From positions 64,001 to 128,000 of IMG/VR virus record IMGVR_UViG_3300035661_000015: 64,000 nucleotides of DNA; one strand, given 5' to 3'. The stretch is from a virus (Duplodnaviria; Heunggongvirae; Uroviricota; Caudoviricetes). The position numbers were made by a program, and so were the translations under genes. Of the stretch, positions 19,731-30,172 are shown piece after piece. Each line of letters begins with the position of its first letter. The first letter of the stretch is position 1. The notes beneath the pieces are model-generated. The model worked only from the letters and a program-made list of their open reading frames with translations, did no database searches and was not told the DNA's origin.

Positions 19731-20788
19731 ACATTCTTATGATTGCCCCTTTCGATACAACTGGCTATGGACAAGCTTCTCTAGCCGTTCTTAAATCCCT
19801 TCGTACATTCGCCAACGTAACCCCTAAGGTTTTAAATCTTGGGGGCTGTTACGAATTAAATGAAGAGGAGAAATCATATTTTAATGAAACGGGTGTCGCA
19901 GACTATGATGCTGTAATTCAAATGAGTCTACCCGAACATTTTACTTATGATGCTAGGGCCGGTATTAATATTGGGTGGTTTTTCTGGGAGTCAGACCGTT
20001 TACCACAATGGTGGGTCAATCCATTAAAAACAATGGATATGATTTTCGTATCCAATAAAACAACATTACAAGCATCTATCAACTCACTTGGACATAAAGC
20101 TAATCTTCGTGTAGTTCCCATTCCGTGTGATCCGGAAATTTATAAGAAAGAACATACGGGCTTTAATATCAAATTCAACTCAAATAAAAAGCCATATATA
20201 TTCTATTCTATCGGAGAATGGACTGAGCGAAAGAATTATAGGGATTTGGTGAGAGCATTCCACCTTGCTTTTGATCCAAATGATCCGGTCGAACTCATTA
20301 TTAAGACGGGTGGGGCTACCGACGAACAGATTTGGGGCGATATTAACACGGTTAAACAATCTCTTGGTTTATATGAGGATATCGATCACTATAAGAAGGA
20401 AATAATTATAAATCAACCGCTCCCATATAAGAGTATTCTTTCTATGCACCAAAATTGTGACTGCTTTGTCTCAACGTCTTTGGGCGAGGGTTGGAGTTTG
20501 CCGACTTTTGATGCCTATGCTTTTGGTAATCCGACGATTAGTCCAGTTTCTTTTGAAGAGAATAATTTTTCTGATTTTCATCTATATAGATCGGAAGAAA
20601 GGTGTAATCAACCGCCGCTCTATACGGGGGATCAAAAAATGTATCGACCGTCAGTTGATCAGGTTATTAGATGTATGAGAGAGGCTTATAAGAGTCCGGA
20701 GAAGTATGAAATTGATGTAAGTAAATTTTCCTATGAGAGTATTGGGAAAATGATTGGACAAAAATTACAATATATTGAGGATGTTTAA
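19727..20788 (+). CDS. Glycosyltransferase, GT4 type
   Basis: TGYGQA; WESDRLP; ERKN; SLGEGWSLPTFDA. Confidence 0.85.
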   Translation: MNILMIAPFDTTGYGQASLAVLKSLRTFANVTPKVLNLGGCYELNEEEKSYFNETGVADYDAVIQMSLPEHFTYDARAGINIGWFFWESDRLPQWWVNPLKTMDMIFVSNKTTLQASINSLGHKANLRVVPIPCDPEIYKKEHTGFNIKFNSNKKPYIFYSIGEWTERKNYRDLVRAFHLAFDPNDPVELIIKTGGATDEQIWGDINTVKQSLGLYEDIDHYKKEIIINQPLPYKSILSMHQNCDCFVSTSLGEGWSLPTFDAYAFGNPTISPVSFEENNFSDFHLYRSEERCNQPPLYTGDQKMYRPSVDQVIRCMREAYKSPEKYEIDVSKFSYESIGKMIGQKLQYIEDV

Positions 20789-20790
20789 AC

Positions 20791-21081
20791 ATGTATTACT
20801 GCGTCCTAATATCTTCGCGGGATGAGCCCCTAATTAAAAAATACAAAGGCCCCAAATATCAGCTTTATGGGTTCACTAAGATTTTCACGGACAAAGAAAT
20901 GTCCAAAATTATAAAACTACTTCAGCCCTATGATATCAGACTTTTTGAAAGAATCGTATTTAAAGATAAAAAAGAGTCATCATTAAAAAATAAGATAAGG
21001 GCGGTTATGGGGCCAAGTATGGATTTGATTGAATGTAGAATTTTAGCAAAGAAATTTTTACCACTAGAGAAAGTTATATGA
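20791..21081 (+). CDS. Hypothetical protein
   Basis: 96-aa ORF; GAGG upstream. Confidence 0.5.
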   Translation: MYYCVLISSRDEPLIKKYKGPKYQLYGFTKIFTDKEMSKIIKLLQPYDIRLFERIVFKDKKESSLKNKIRAVMGPSMDLIECRILAKKFLPLEKVI

Positions 21082-21584
21082 TGGGACAATTATGGGCAAC
21101 GATAGGGCCAGCACGATCGGGAAAAAGTACGTGGGCAACAGAATGGAAGTATGATGAAAGAATTATTGGGAATAAATGTATTTTTGAAGATGATCATTTG
21201 CGACTCTCCCTACATGGAGAACGCTATAAAAGGTTAGCCGAACCGATGATCTTTGGGATGAAGTATACGACTTTAAGAGCACTCTTAAAATCAAACGACC
21301 ATGTTCTAAATCCCGAAACAAATACTACCGAGAGGTCTATACGAAATTTATTAGAGATCGACCCAAAATGTATTTTTATTATCTTCGACACGCCCCTAGA
21401 AATTTGTATTCAGAGAGCTATTGACACAGGGCAGTCCGACCTTATAGAATGTAATGTAATCAACCGACATTACCAAAATATGTTAAATCTTACGAACAGT
21501 AATTCACTTGAATCTTCGGACTTATATAGCCATACATATAAAATACAACAATTTATCGCAGAGATTAGAAAAGAATATTCATGA
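21078..21584 (+). CDS. P-loop kinase resembling the polynucleotide kinase 5'-kinase domain
   Basis: IGPARSGKSTWA; EDDHLR; ETNT; FDTPLEICIQR. Confidence 0.72.
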   Translation: MMGQLWATIGPARSGKSTWATEWKYDERIIGNKCIFEDDHLRLSLHGERYKRLAEPMIFGMKYTTLRALLKSNDHVLNPETNTTERSIRNLLEIDPKCIFIIFDTPLEICIQRAIDTGQSDLIECNVINRHYQNMLNLTNSNSLESSDLYSHTYKIQQFIAEIRKEYS

Positions 21585-21972
21585 AAAATCGCAAAAAGAA
21601 GTTGTTTGCATTTGGGATTATCACCCCCGATGGTAGAAAAATTCAGCTATCTGGGACCAAGGATGGTGAAAGAATTGAAAATGCCAAATCTATTTGTCAT
21701 GAATTAAATTCATTACTAGAAAAGTCAAATTAAAATGGTTACAATTATTGATCAAATGCAGACCGAGTTTATTACCATACTTATATGTTCGTATTTCTTT
21801 ATAGGTTTTTAATTGCTATAGATTCGGCGAATAAGAAAGAAATTTTTTTTAATTGTAGTTGTACTATGGCCCATCGTTATCTTAAAATTAATATATAGGG
21901 CCGCAATACCTACATTAAAATTTCTTAAAAATTCCATTTATGAATTCTTCATTTACATTAAGGAAATATAAT

Positions 21973-22977
21973 ATGAGTCCGATTAAACAAATTCTACACA
22001 AGGCTCTACGAAAGCCGACCGACCGACTAAATGTAATTACTTTTTCAACCCACGAGGGTTATCAAACAAACCTACGTAACGTCAACGCTAATTTTTATTG
22101 CTTTGATGGTGGTGGTTTTAAAATATGGAATAGGGCATCTAGGCCCGTTCCTAACAATCATTATATCATCCCGCTACCAACCTCCGAAAACCTAATCCAG
22201 TTCCTCCCACTTGGAACGATGTATGACCTAGTTTTCTCACAAAATAATCATGTCCATTTTAATCAAGCTTATCAGTTATCACGACAATTAAATATTCCAC
22301 TGATCAATCTACAACACTGTCTTCCTCAAACAAAAGACCCTAAATATATTAATCAGATTAAAGGTATGAGGGCCGATATCGATGTTTTTATTACGGACTT
22401 TTCTAGAGATGAGTGGGGTTGGGGCGAAAATGAAGCACGTGTTGTAAAGCACGGAATGGACACTGATCTTTTTACAGATCAGGATAAGCGGAGAAATATA
22501 AATGTATTATCGGTCGTAAATGACTTTATTAACCGAGATGCTCAGGTCGGGTATTCAGTCTGGAAAGAAACGGTCGGGGGCTTTACCACAAGAGTTTTGG
22601 GCGAAACGCCGGGACTTTCAGTTGGGGCCAAAGATAACGACGAACTTGTAGACGCCTATAATACTTGCGGCGTATTTTTAAATACAGCTACCTCGTCCCC
22701 AATTCCTATGAGTTTAATGGAGGCAATGTCTTGTGGGGCACCTTGCGTTTCTTTGTGGAACCCTATGATTGCTACTGTTATTAGACATGGTGAGAATGGA
22801 CTTATAGCAAAAGATGTAGGGGGGCTAAGGGCGGGATTAAAATACATGTTGGAGAATCCTGAGTTAGCCAAAAAGATGGGGAATGAGGCCCGCCACGATA
22901 TTATAAAGTATTATTCCCTTCAAAGGTTTACAGACGATTGGGACGCCCTATTTCAAGATGCGATTAAACTTTTTTGA
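21973..22977 (+). CDS. Glycosyltransferase, GT4 type
   Basis: THEGYQ; SPIPMSLMEAMSCGAP; IRHGENG; start moved to ATG 21973 (AAGGA upstream). Confidence 0.88.
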   Translation: MSPIKQILHKALRKPTDRLNVITFSTHEGYQTNLRNVNANFYCFDGGGFKIWNRASRPVPNNHYIIPLPTSENLIQFLPLGTMYDLVFSQNNHVHFNQAYQLSRQLNIPLINLQHCLPQTKDPKYINQIKGMRADIDVFITDFSRDEWGWGENEARVVKHGMDTDLFTDQDKRRNINVLSVVNDFINRDAQVGYSVWKETVGGFTTRVLGETPGLSVGAKDNDELVDAYNTCGVFLNTATSSPIPMSLMEAMSCGAPCVSLWNPMIATVIRHGENGLIAKDVGGLRAGLKYMLENPELAKKMGNEARHDIIKYYSLQRFTDDWDALFQDAIKLF

Positions 22978-23053
22978 TCAGGGTAATAATTTTAATTATA
23001 CTGGTGGCAAGATTTATAGAAATTTTAAAAACAATAAAGGCGGAGTGGAATAA

Positions 23054-23521
23054 ATGAAAATTAATTTAACGATAAACAATCTGGTAGTTATGGGGGATTG
23101 GGTAAATGTAGACCCGCTTTGTGGCGACGGAACTAAAAAGAATGTACCCCTTGATAATCTCGACGAAATTTGCGATAATGGTGAAGTTGAGGTAATTAGG
23201 GCCAACATGGTTCTTTCTTTCTATTCGTATAGGGTCACCCAATCAATTATTAATCATTGGGCCAAAAAACTAGAGATTGGCGGCAAACTCATCTTAATCG
23301 AAAAAGATGCCGATCAAATCATCAACGCTTTTAAAAATCGAAAGATTCAGGTCGGGGACCTTAATACCCTTATGCTTGGCGAACAAAACTACCCGTTTCA
23401 GTATTGTCGATCATTAACTAATTTGAAGCAAATGACAAGATATATTGAGAACGCCGGACTAAAAGTTACTATGACAGACTTTGGTAACATTTATTTTACA
23501 ATTGAGGCAATTAGACAATGA
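23054..23521 (+). CDS. Class I SAM-methyltransferase-like protein with degenerate motif I
   Basis: WVNVD, HWAKKLEIGGKLIL pattern; the expected LGCG glycine motif is absent. Confidence 0.55.
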   Translation: MKINLTINNLVVMGDWVNVDPLCGDGTKKNVPLDNLDEICDNGEVEVIRANMVLSFYSYRVTQSIINHWAKKLEIGGKLILIEKDADQIINAFKNRKIQVGDLNTLMLGEQNYPFQYCRSLTNLKQMTRYIENAGLKVTMTDFGNIYFTIEAIRQ

Positions 23522-24318
23522 GTGATGAAAATGTAAACGCCCCCGTAGCCTTCTCTTGCTTTAACTGTTTTTTCGCAGAATTAAGCGGAGAAAGTCAAGT
23601 GGGGTGTTCTTTGGGCCTTATCGACAAGTATAGGGCTCAAACAGAGGTTGAACTAAGGGACGGTTTTTTTAGCGTTGTGGGGCGGGCCGGTTGCCGAACA
23701 TTCCGCCACAAGGATTCCGTAGTTAATCCCCCTGATAATTTCTCCGCTCAAGTATTTGATGAGGCTAGTTTTACTTTCGATTTAGTTATGTCTGTAGATA
23801 AGACCGAATCGGATTTTGTGCAGGTAATCGATTTTGCAAGAAATATTGTTAATGGGTCCAAGGTAAAGCCCCTGGGCGTCTATTTCGTATTACGCCCCAA
23901 CACCTTTTTGGCTAGTGATTTTTGGGTCGAAATTAATAAAAATCCTCTTGGCGTACCTTTTTATATTACGACCATACAAGAGGATTGTAATCACTTAAAG
24001 GCAATTGACGAGGGTGTTTCAAAATGCACAGCCGAATGGGTTTGGACAATTCGGTCGGTTGACTTTACTCGTTATGATTTTATTGATCGTGCTAACTACT
24101 TAATTAACCATAAGTTAGATCGATTCGTATTGACCGATATGGGTAACGGCAGCCTTACTAGACGTGATATTTTTAATACTTTAGGTGGTAATGTGCCCGT
24201 ATTAGAAGATCCGGAGAGGCCCCTAAAAAATTATGTTGATAAAGTTATGTATTTTGCCGACAAGGATCAACATCACTACCTAATTAAAAATAATCGACAT
24301 ACTTTTTATGAGGAATAA
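23518..24318 (+). CDS. Hypothetical protein, Cys-rich N-terminus with possible GT-A-like domain
   Basis: CFNC..C..C cluster; context within the glycosylation island. Confidence 0.5.
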   Translation: MSDENVNAPVAFSCFNCFFAELSGESQVGCSLGLIDKYRAQTEVELRDGFFSVVGRAGCRTFRHKDSVVNPPDNFSAQVFDEASFTFDLVMSVDKTESDFVQVIDFARNIVNGSKVKPLGVYFVLRPNTFLASDFWVEINKNPLGVPFYITTIQEDCNHLKAIDEGVSKCTAEWVWTIRSVDFTRYDFIDRANYLINHKLDRFVLTDMGNGSLTRRDIFNTLGGNVPVLEDPERPLKNYVDKVMYFADKDQHHYLIKNNRHTFYEE

Positions 24319-24664
24319 TGTGCTTAATATAGTTGAAAAAGATTGGGGCTGGGAAAAGTGGATTGTTAATAATGATTTTTATTGTGGTAAAATCCTCCAT
24401 ATTAACGTCGGTGCATCGACCTCTTACCATAAGCACATACAAAAGCTAGAAACATTATTTGTTCAAAGTGGTACACTTAAGGTACTATATGGAGAAGAGG
24501 ATAGTCCTAGTATATATTATTTAAGTGAAGGCGAGTCTATGACAATCTATAAGAATATTTTTCATAAACTTATCGCCTTTAACGAAGCCGTAGAGTTGAT
24601 TGAGTTTTCAACCCACCACGAGGATAGCGATAGTATCAGAAAAAAGTTTGTGTACAATGTATAA
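24308..24664 (+). CDS. Cupin, mannose-6-phosphate isomerase type II C-terminal-like
   Basis: KDWGWE; TSYHKH..KLET; FH; IEFST. Confidence 0.8.
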   Translation: MRNNVLNIVEKDWGWEKWIVNNDFYCGKILHINVGASTSYHKHIQKLETLFVQSGTLKVLYGEEDSPSIYYLSEGESMTIYKNIFHKLIAFNEAVELIEFSTHHEDSDSIRKKFVYNV

Positions 24665-25331
24665 TCTAAATTATTTTGAAAAAGGAATTTGTCTCTGTCT
24701 CGACAAACGATATAAGACTCAGTGGCTTGATTTAAAAAAACAATTTACTAGCCGAAATTTTCAAGTGGAAGACTTTATTACAGGAGGGGGAACCGATCTT
24801 CCATATGCTACGTATTCTAGGATTGATGATCCTTGGCCAAAAAGTAATAAGGTCAAACATCGTGAAAATTTTAATGCAATGTATAAAAGGTGCCAGGACT
24901 CTGGTTATAAAAATGCCCTATTCCTAGAGGATGATGTTATCCTACTGGATAATTTTAACGAAGTGTTCAATAAGGCTATTTCTGACATTGAAACACTTAA
25001 TATCAAATGGGACTTATTGTATCTTGGGGTTAATTTGAGCTGGGCGAAATCAGAAGAAGTCACGCCAAACTTATTAAGATTGAGGGAAAACGCCCTTACA
25101 ACCCACGCCTTTGCAATTAATAATGAGCACCATGATATGTTCACAAGGCTAAGACAGCTTGGTCCCGGTGAAACAGATTTAAAAATCGCCGATGTTATAC
25201 AGACGAACCCCGAATTTGGCTGTTATTCAATCTGGCCAAATATTGCTATTCAAAAAACTGGCTTTAGTCATATTGTTGGTGGTAATCTAGATTATGATGA
25301 ATATTTTAAAAATAGGGGAACGTGTTTATGA
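24657..25331 (+). CDS. Glycosyltransferase, GT25-like
   Basis: ICLCLDKR; ALFLEDDV; WDLLYLG; THAFAI; start moved from 24600 to the coupled ATG 24657. Confidence 0.8.
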   Translation: MYNLNYFEKGICLCLDKRYKTQWLDLKKQFTSRNFQVEDFITGGGTDLPYATYSRIDDPWPKSNKVKHRENFNAMYKRCQDSGYKNALFLEDDVILLDNFNEVFNKAISDIETLNIKWDLLYLGVNLSWAKSEEVTPNLLRLRENALTTHAFAINNEHHDMFTRLRQLGPGETDLKIADVIQTNPEFGCYSIWPNIAIQKTGFSHIVGGNLDYDEYFKNRGTCL

Positions 25332-25828
25332 AAATAAGTGTTTTAGTTTTTGAGGATTTTGGCACCGTAGAATACTTTAATAAGGCTATAAAATTATTGT
25401 TAGAAGAAAATAATGGTAGTATACTTATAAAAGATAAATGTTCTGACATTATAAACTTAGAACCGTTTCGTGAAAAGGTCAAACAAAATCCTGATTACGG
25501 ATTTATGTATGGGGACTCTTTATTACTAGGAGAAACCCAAGTGCCTATCTATAGAGAACCTTTTGATGCACACCGTTTAATGAATTTTAACTTTGTTGGT
25601 GGACCCGTACTATTTAATCTACAAGCACTTACTCTTCTTGGTGAAGATCTTATAGATAAAAATTTAAGAATTTTTAAGTTATATGATCTGTGCTTACGTG
25701 TGAGTAAAACTCGTATAGGTCACCATATTCCAAAAATAATTGCCACCGAATCAACCCTTGTCTGGAGTCCGGCATTATTACAAAGTGAAATTACGTACTT
25801 ACAAAGAAAATATGGAGTCGCCCAATGA
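25322..25828 (+). CDS. GT2-like domain protein
   Basis: FMYGD; YDLCLR; HIPKI pattern typical of the GT2 C-terminal half. Confidence 0.55.
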   Translation: MFMKISVLVFEDFGTVEYFNKAIKLLLEENNGSILIKDKCSDIINLEPFREKVKQNPDYGFMYGDSLLLGETQVPIYREPFDAHRLMNFNFVGGPVLFNLQALTLLGEDLIDKNLRIFKLYDLCLRVSKTRIGHHIPKIIATESTLVWSPALLQSEITYLQRKYGVAQ

Positions 25829-26544
25829 GATCAACGACCCCAGCTAAAAAAGCCATAGTTAATGAGCCCGTAGACGTAATAATTCCAGCCGCTACGCTTA
25901 AGCGGAAAATATCACAGTTGGGGCCGGTCTCTCTTTTTAAGCTAGGTAGTGGCAAAACCCTTATTGAAGATCAGGTATATAAAATTAAAAAGGTATTTGG
26001 GCGGGCCGACTTCTATTATGTGGGGGGTGAACAAATAGATAAGATCGCCCCTACTAATTTCCCCGCTCATATTAGACTCCTAGAGAATGAGCTACATGAA
26101 CAGACCGGAACCGCCCGATCTATGGAGATAGCTTCCCGAGTAACAAAAGCACCAAGGGTTTTAATTGTTTATGGCGATCTTTATTTTGACCAATCTATTA
26201 TTAGTGCCCTAGTTGCCCTTAATAAAGAAGATTGTTCATACGTATTGTCGGGAGAGAACCAGGGGGATAAAAAAATTGGCGTTCACTCTATTGATAAAGT
26301 TGTTACTAATTTGTATTATGATATAGAGCATAGATGGCTACAGATCGCTTATCTTACGGGCAAAGAATTAGACATATTTAAAAAAGTGTCTGCAAATCCA
26401 CTTAATCGCCCCCTTCTTGGTTTTGAAATTATAAATCAAATTATACAAGAGGGTGGAATCCTAAAAGAATTGTTCGTTAAAGGATATATATTTGATGTTT
26501 CAAAACTAGAAGATATTAAAAGGCTAAAAGGCCAAGGGGGCTAG
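25825..26544 (+). CDS. Sugar-phosphate nucleotidyltransferase-like protein
   Basis: DVIIPAA; GPVSL; TLIE; TGTARS; IVYGDL; the glycine-rich loop is degenerate. Confidence 0.65.
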   Translation: MRSTTPAKKAIVNEPVDVIIPAATLKRKISQLGPVSLFKLGSGKTLIEDQVYKIKKVFGRADFYYVGGEQIDKIAPTNFPAHIRLLENELHEQTGTARSMEIASRVTKAPRVLIVYGDLYFDQSIISALVALNKEDCSYVLSGENQGDKKIGVHSIDKVVTNLYYDIEHRWLQIAYLTGKELDIFKKVSANPLNRPLLGFEIINQIIQEGGILKELFVKGYIFDVSKLEDIKRLKGQGG

Positions 26545-26545
26545 T

Positions 26546-26740
26546 TTGGATATTAGAACACAAGCGGGAATATTTTTAATCGTATGGAGTATATTATTTG
26601 TATTAGTCGACGTTTATGCACGTATCTTTGGGGGTAAAGAAGCTACATTTTCATATCTTATTAGTGAGTTTTCACAAAATAATCAGGCCGTACCTTTTGT
26701 GCTTGGTTTTATTATGGGTCATATTTTTTGGAGAATGTAA
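26546..26740 (+). CDS. Small two-helix membrane protein
   Basis: Hydrophobic; ends GFIMGHIFW. Confidence 0.5.
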   Translation: MDIRTQAGIFLIVWSILFVLVDVYARIFGGKEATFSYLISEFSQNNQAVPFVLGFIMGHIFWRM

Positions 26741-27817
26741 TTGAAAATTGTAATTAATGTAGATAATCGTTGTGGTCACTATCCATATAAAAAAGGTATA
26801 GCTAATGTACTTCGTTATTGTGGACATCAGGTTTATTTGTGGTATACAGAATTTCCAGACGCACCAGCTATTCTAGATATTTTTTCACAATTTAAACCCG
26901 ATATTCTTTACACAAATTCATATAGCTTAGATTCGGCGACGATGAAGGCTATGGAAAAATATCCGGAAACAAAACTAATTCTCTTTTCTTCGGCCCACGG
27001 TGAAGCTAATACTTTGCCGATGGAATATCCGCTCGTTAGAGTTACGGACCAAGAAAAAGAATATGTTGAACACCTAAGAAAGATTGATCGCCCCAACTTT
27101 ATGTTTTTACACCACCATAATAATGTAATCGACTTTACCCTAGGTGGATGGAAAAAAGAATTCGGCGTCAATATTGCTGGAATCAAACATGGTGGCGACC
27201 TATTTACCTTTTTCAAGGGCCAACGCGACAAGAATTTAATTTGCGATATCGGATATTGCGGCGGCTACTGGGCCTATAAGGGAATTAATATTCGGAAGTT
27301 TATTTTTCCCCTATGTGACCCCAATAGAATTCCTCCGCTCAATGTTAAGATTTTTGGTAATCAGGGGGATTGGGCCAATCTACCACAATATTTGGGTTTT
27401 GCACAAGATCAAACCCTAAATAATCTATTCGCTTCTGCTACAATATGTCCTAATGTACATGAACCACATTCGACCGACTATGGTATCGACGTGGTAGAAC
27501 GTCCATTCAAAGTTATTTCTTCGGGTGGTTTTTGTATTTCTGACCATGTAAAATCTCTTGTAGAAGACTATTTTCCTGATAATGAAATCCCAACAGCTAC
27601 AACTGGTGAAGAATATGGCGAACTGGTTAACTATTATTTAAAAAATGAAGATGAGCGGGAAAAGTTAAGGGGGCGACAATACAAAAGAGTTTTGGGCGAA
27701 CATACCTATTTTGAAAGTGTGGCCGATATCTTTGCCAATCTCAATATGCCCGATATGGTTCGTGACGTTATGAATCATAAAATTATTTTCTTAGCACAAA
27801 ATGGAGTTAATTTATGA
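26741..27817 (+). CDS. Glycosyltransferase, CgeB/YkvP-like
   Basis: IGYCGG; ICPNVHEP; ERPFKVISSGGFCISD; EHTY. Confidence 0.78.
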   Translation: MKIVINVDNRCGHYPYKKGIANVLRYCGHQVYLWYTEFPDAPAILDIFSQFKPDILYTNSYSLDSATMKAMEKYPETKLILFSSAHGEANTLPMEYPLVRVTDQEKEYVEHLRKIDRPNFMFLHHHNNVIDFTLGGWKKEFGVNIAGIKHGGDLFTFFKGQRDKNLICDIGYCGGYWAYKGINIRKFIFPLCDPNRIPPLNVKIFGNQGDWANLPQYLGFAQDQTLNNLFASATICPNVHEPHSTDYGIDVVERPFKVISSGGFCISDHVKSLVEDYFPDNEIPTATTGEEYGELVNYYLKNEDEREKLRGRQYKRVLGEHTYFESVADIFANLNMPDMVRDVMNHKIIFLAQNGVNL

Positions 27818-27984
27818 CCACGTTTTTTATACAAGTTTCTCCGGGTAAAATTATTAATTGTTCAAACATATGTCACACTGAGACGGTCTCTGATAACGGT
27901 GGTCTTATTATTTTTTTTGCAAAAGACCATTATATTGTAATTAACGCTACAGAAGCTAAAAAATTTTTAAAGGAATTCAATTGA
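27814..27984 (+). CDS. Small hypothetical protein (56 aa), not in the ORF track
   Basis: ATGA coupling upstream; MTTFFIQVSPGKII...KEFN; fills the gap exactly. Confidence 0.5.
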   Translation: MTTFFIQVSPGKIINCSNICHTETVSDNGGLIIFFAKDHYIVINATEAKKFLKEFN

Positions 27985-28826
27985 TAAACACACTACTTCC
28001 ATCAAAGAATAGACCGGGCCAATTAAAATTAACCCTTGATTCAATCGAGCGTTTTTGTCCAAATTTATTTGATATTAATGTTCTATATACGGCAACTGAT
28101 AGTAAATACTGGGAAGGTTATCAAAAATTAATCGATGAAAGTAAAAAATATTCTTTCCATGTACGGTTTATAAAAGAGTCAAATTTTTATGAAGACTTTA
28201 AAAATGTTTTATTTACAAAGTCTCTGTTTCATTTAATAACTGACGATACGGTATTTTATAAAAGTTCTCCAATAGCATCGGATATAGATATCGAATTACT
28301 CTTTTTTGAAAATCCTGAACTATTCTCTTTCTCTTTTAGACTTGGTTTAAACACTAAGGTCCAAACATATTATTTAAATCAAACACAGCCAGATTTAAAT
28401 GATTATAAAATTATGGGACATGATGAAAATATAATTATGTGGAATTTTAAAAATATTCCATCATGTTATAATTACGGATATTTTCCAGCGTGCGACAGTG
28501 TTGTTTATGATACTAATAGATTTTGGAATGTTATTAAAAGTAAAAAATTCAATTGTTTAAGGGGGTTAGAAGGCTTTCATTCTACTTATGATTCCATAAA
28601 ACAAAATCCTTATAGTTTCGCCTCAAGTTTTAAACAAAGTGTAGCTGTAAACCTATCGGTCAATTGTGTTAGTGAGGATGGGGTTCCATCTGGACTTGTT
28701 TATCCATTAACCACAGAAGAAATTAATACTAAGTACTTGGATGGTTATAAACTATTTGTTGAAATAGATCCTGATTCGGTAAAAGGTTGTCATACAGAAT
28801 TACCTATTACATTCATAAAGGAATAA
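27981..28826 (+). CDS. GT-A-fold glycosyltransferase-like protein
   Basis: PSKNRPGQL; ITDDTVF (DxD-like); FSFRLG. Confidence 0.68.
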   Translation: MINTLLPSKNRPGQLKLTLDSIERFCPNLFDINVLYTATDSKYWEGYQKLIDESKKYSFHVRFIKESNFYEDFKNVLFTKSLFHLITDDTVFYKSSPIASDIDIELLFFENPELFSFSFRLGLNTKVQTYYLNQTQPDLNDYKIMGHDENIIMWNFKNIPSCYNYGYFPACDSVVYDTNRFWNVIKSKKFNCLRGLEGFHSTYDSIKQNPYSFASSFKQSVAVNLSVNCVSEDGVPSGLVYPLTTEEINTKYLDGYKLFVEIDPDSVKGCHTELPITFIKE

Positions 28827-28829
28827 TAT

Positions 28830-29696
28830 ATGGACCGTCAAAAAGTGCTTATTCTTGGGGGCAATGGCTTTTTAGGCTCCCATCTTCATAAACGTCTCAT
28901 TGATAGTAATCGATATGAAATCTATGTTCCACCCCGAAATCTCGATTTAGAAAATGTTCACCATGTACAAACACTTTTTAATTTGTATCGGTGGGACATT
29001 GTTTTTCACCTAGCGGCGGTCCAAGGTAGTAATCCAAATTGCTTAGATATTAATAAAACAATAACTCAAAATATTCTAAATCATATAAATAAAAAAACAC
29101 GCCTCATCTTCGCCTCGTCTTCGACGGTCTATGGCGATATTGAAGTTGGTAGGGCAGCTTCCGAGTTTGATCAATTAATTCCAACCTCTGAGTATGGTTA
29201 TTCAAAACTATGTTCTGAAAGATACATCACTAACTTTCATGATAATTTTGTAATTTTAAGATTTTGTGCTATTTGTGGACCAGGAAATAAAAAGGGTTTG
29301 ATTACAGATCTAATCAACAAAGTTAAAAATAATCCATGTGACATATCTACGAAAAAGAAAATTGATGTTTTTGGAAAACCACCCGGTTCCACCAAACCCT
29401 ATATTTATGTTAAAGATGCTACCCACGCCCTTGAAGTCGCTATAGATGTAGAGTTAGGTATTTATAATATTTCTAGTGACACGACTATCTCTGTTTTAGA
29501 TGCGGCACACGTTATCCATAATAATACAATAACATATTTTAATATAATCTGTGAATTCAATAATATTGACTCGACTAATGACAATAAATATGTTAATCTA
29601 GATAATTCACTATTCAAAGAGAAAGCCAAGTTCTCTTATTTATGGCCGACTTCGGAATCTGCTATTATAGAAACGGTTAGAAAAAGTGATTTATAA
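28830..29696 (+). CDS. NAD-dependent sugar epimerase/dehydratase (extended SDR)
   Basis: GGNGFLG; FHLAA; ASSSTVYG; YGYSK. Confidence 0.88.
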   Translation: MDRQKVLILGGNGFLGSHLHKRLIDSNRYEIYVPPRNLDLENVHHVQTLFNLYRWDIVFHLAAVQGSNPNCLDINKTITQNILNHINKKTRLIFASSSTVYGDIEVGRAASEFDQLIPTSEYGYSKLCSERYITNFHDNFVILRFCAICGPGNKKGLITDLINKVKNNPCDISTKKKIDVFGKPPGSTKPYIYVKDATHALEVAIDVELGIYNISSDTTISVLDAAHVIHNNTITYFNIICEFNNIDSTNDNKYVNLDNSLFKEKAKFSYLWPTSESAIIETVRKSDL

Positions 29697-29922
29697 AATT
29701 CAATATGTGGAACCTTTGGATAACAAGAATCTTTTTGCTGTTGCGGGTGACGACTCTGGGCTTAGTAAAAATGGTAAAGTTTGGTCTACTCTCGGTTATC
29801 TTAAAAGTCATATTACAGGGCGTCATGATTGTCATAAATATAATGACGACTATGAAGTTATTGAATACGAGATGGTGGAAGTAAAAAGGTACAAAGTGTC
29901 GGAGCTTAATAAAAATAAATGA
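29686..29922 (+). CDS. Hypothetical protein
   Basis: 78-aa ORF. Confidence 0.5.
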   Translation: MIYKIQYVEPLDNKNLFAVAGDDSGLSKNGKVWSTLGYLKSHITGRHDCHKYNDDYEVIEYEMVEVKRYKVSELNKNK

Positions 29923-30172
29923 GAGCTAAAGATGGATATAATTGAAGATTATAGTGTTTATAATATTGAATAATGGAGATTAATTTTGAAAATCAACTTA
30001 GAAAATTTGGCAACAACAATTGGTAAAGATGGATCTATTCGAGAATCTATGAAAATAGGAGTTTGAGCCATTAAATTAAGTTTTTCTGATGATTAATATC
30101 AAAATAGATACGAAATGGTATTAACCACCGAGGAGGCAAAAGGGTTGAGTGATAATATTTTGAATTTAATTA

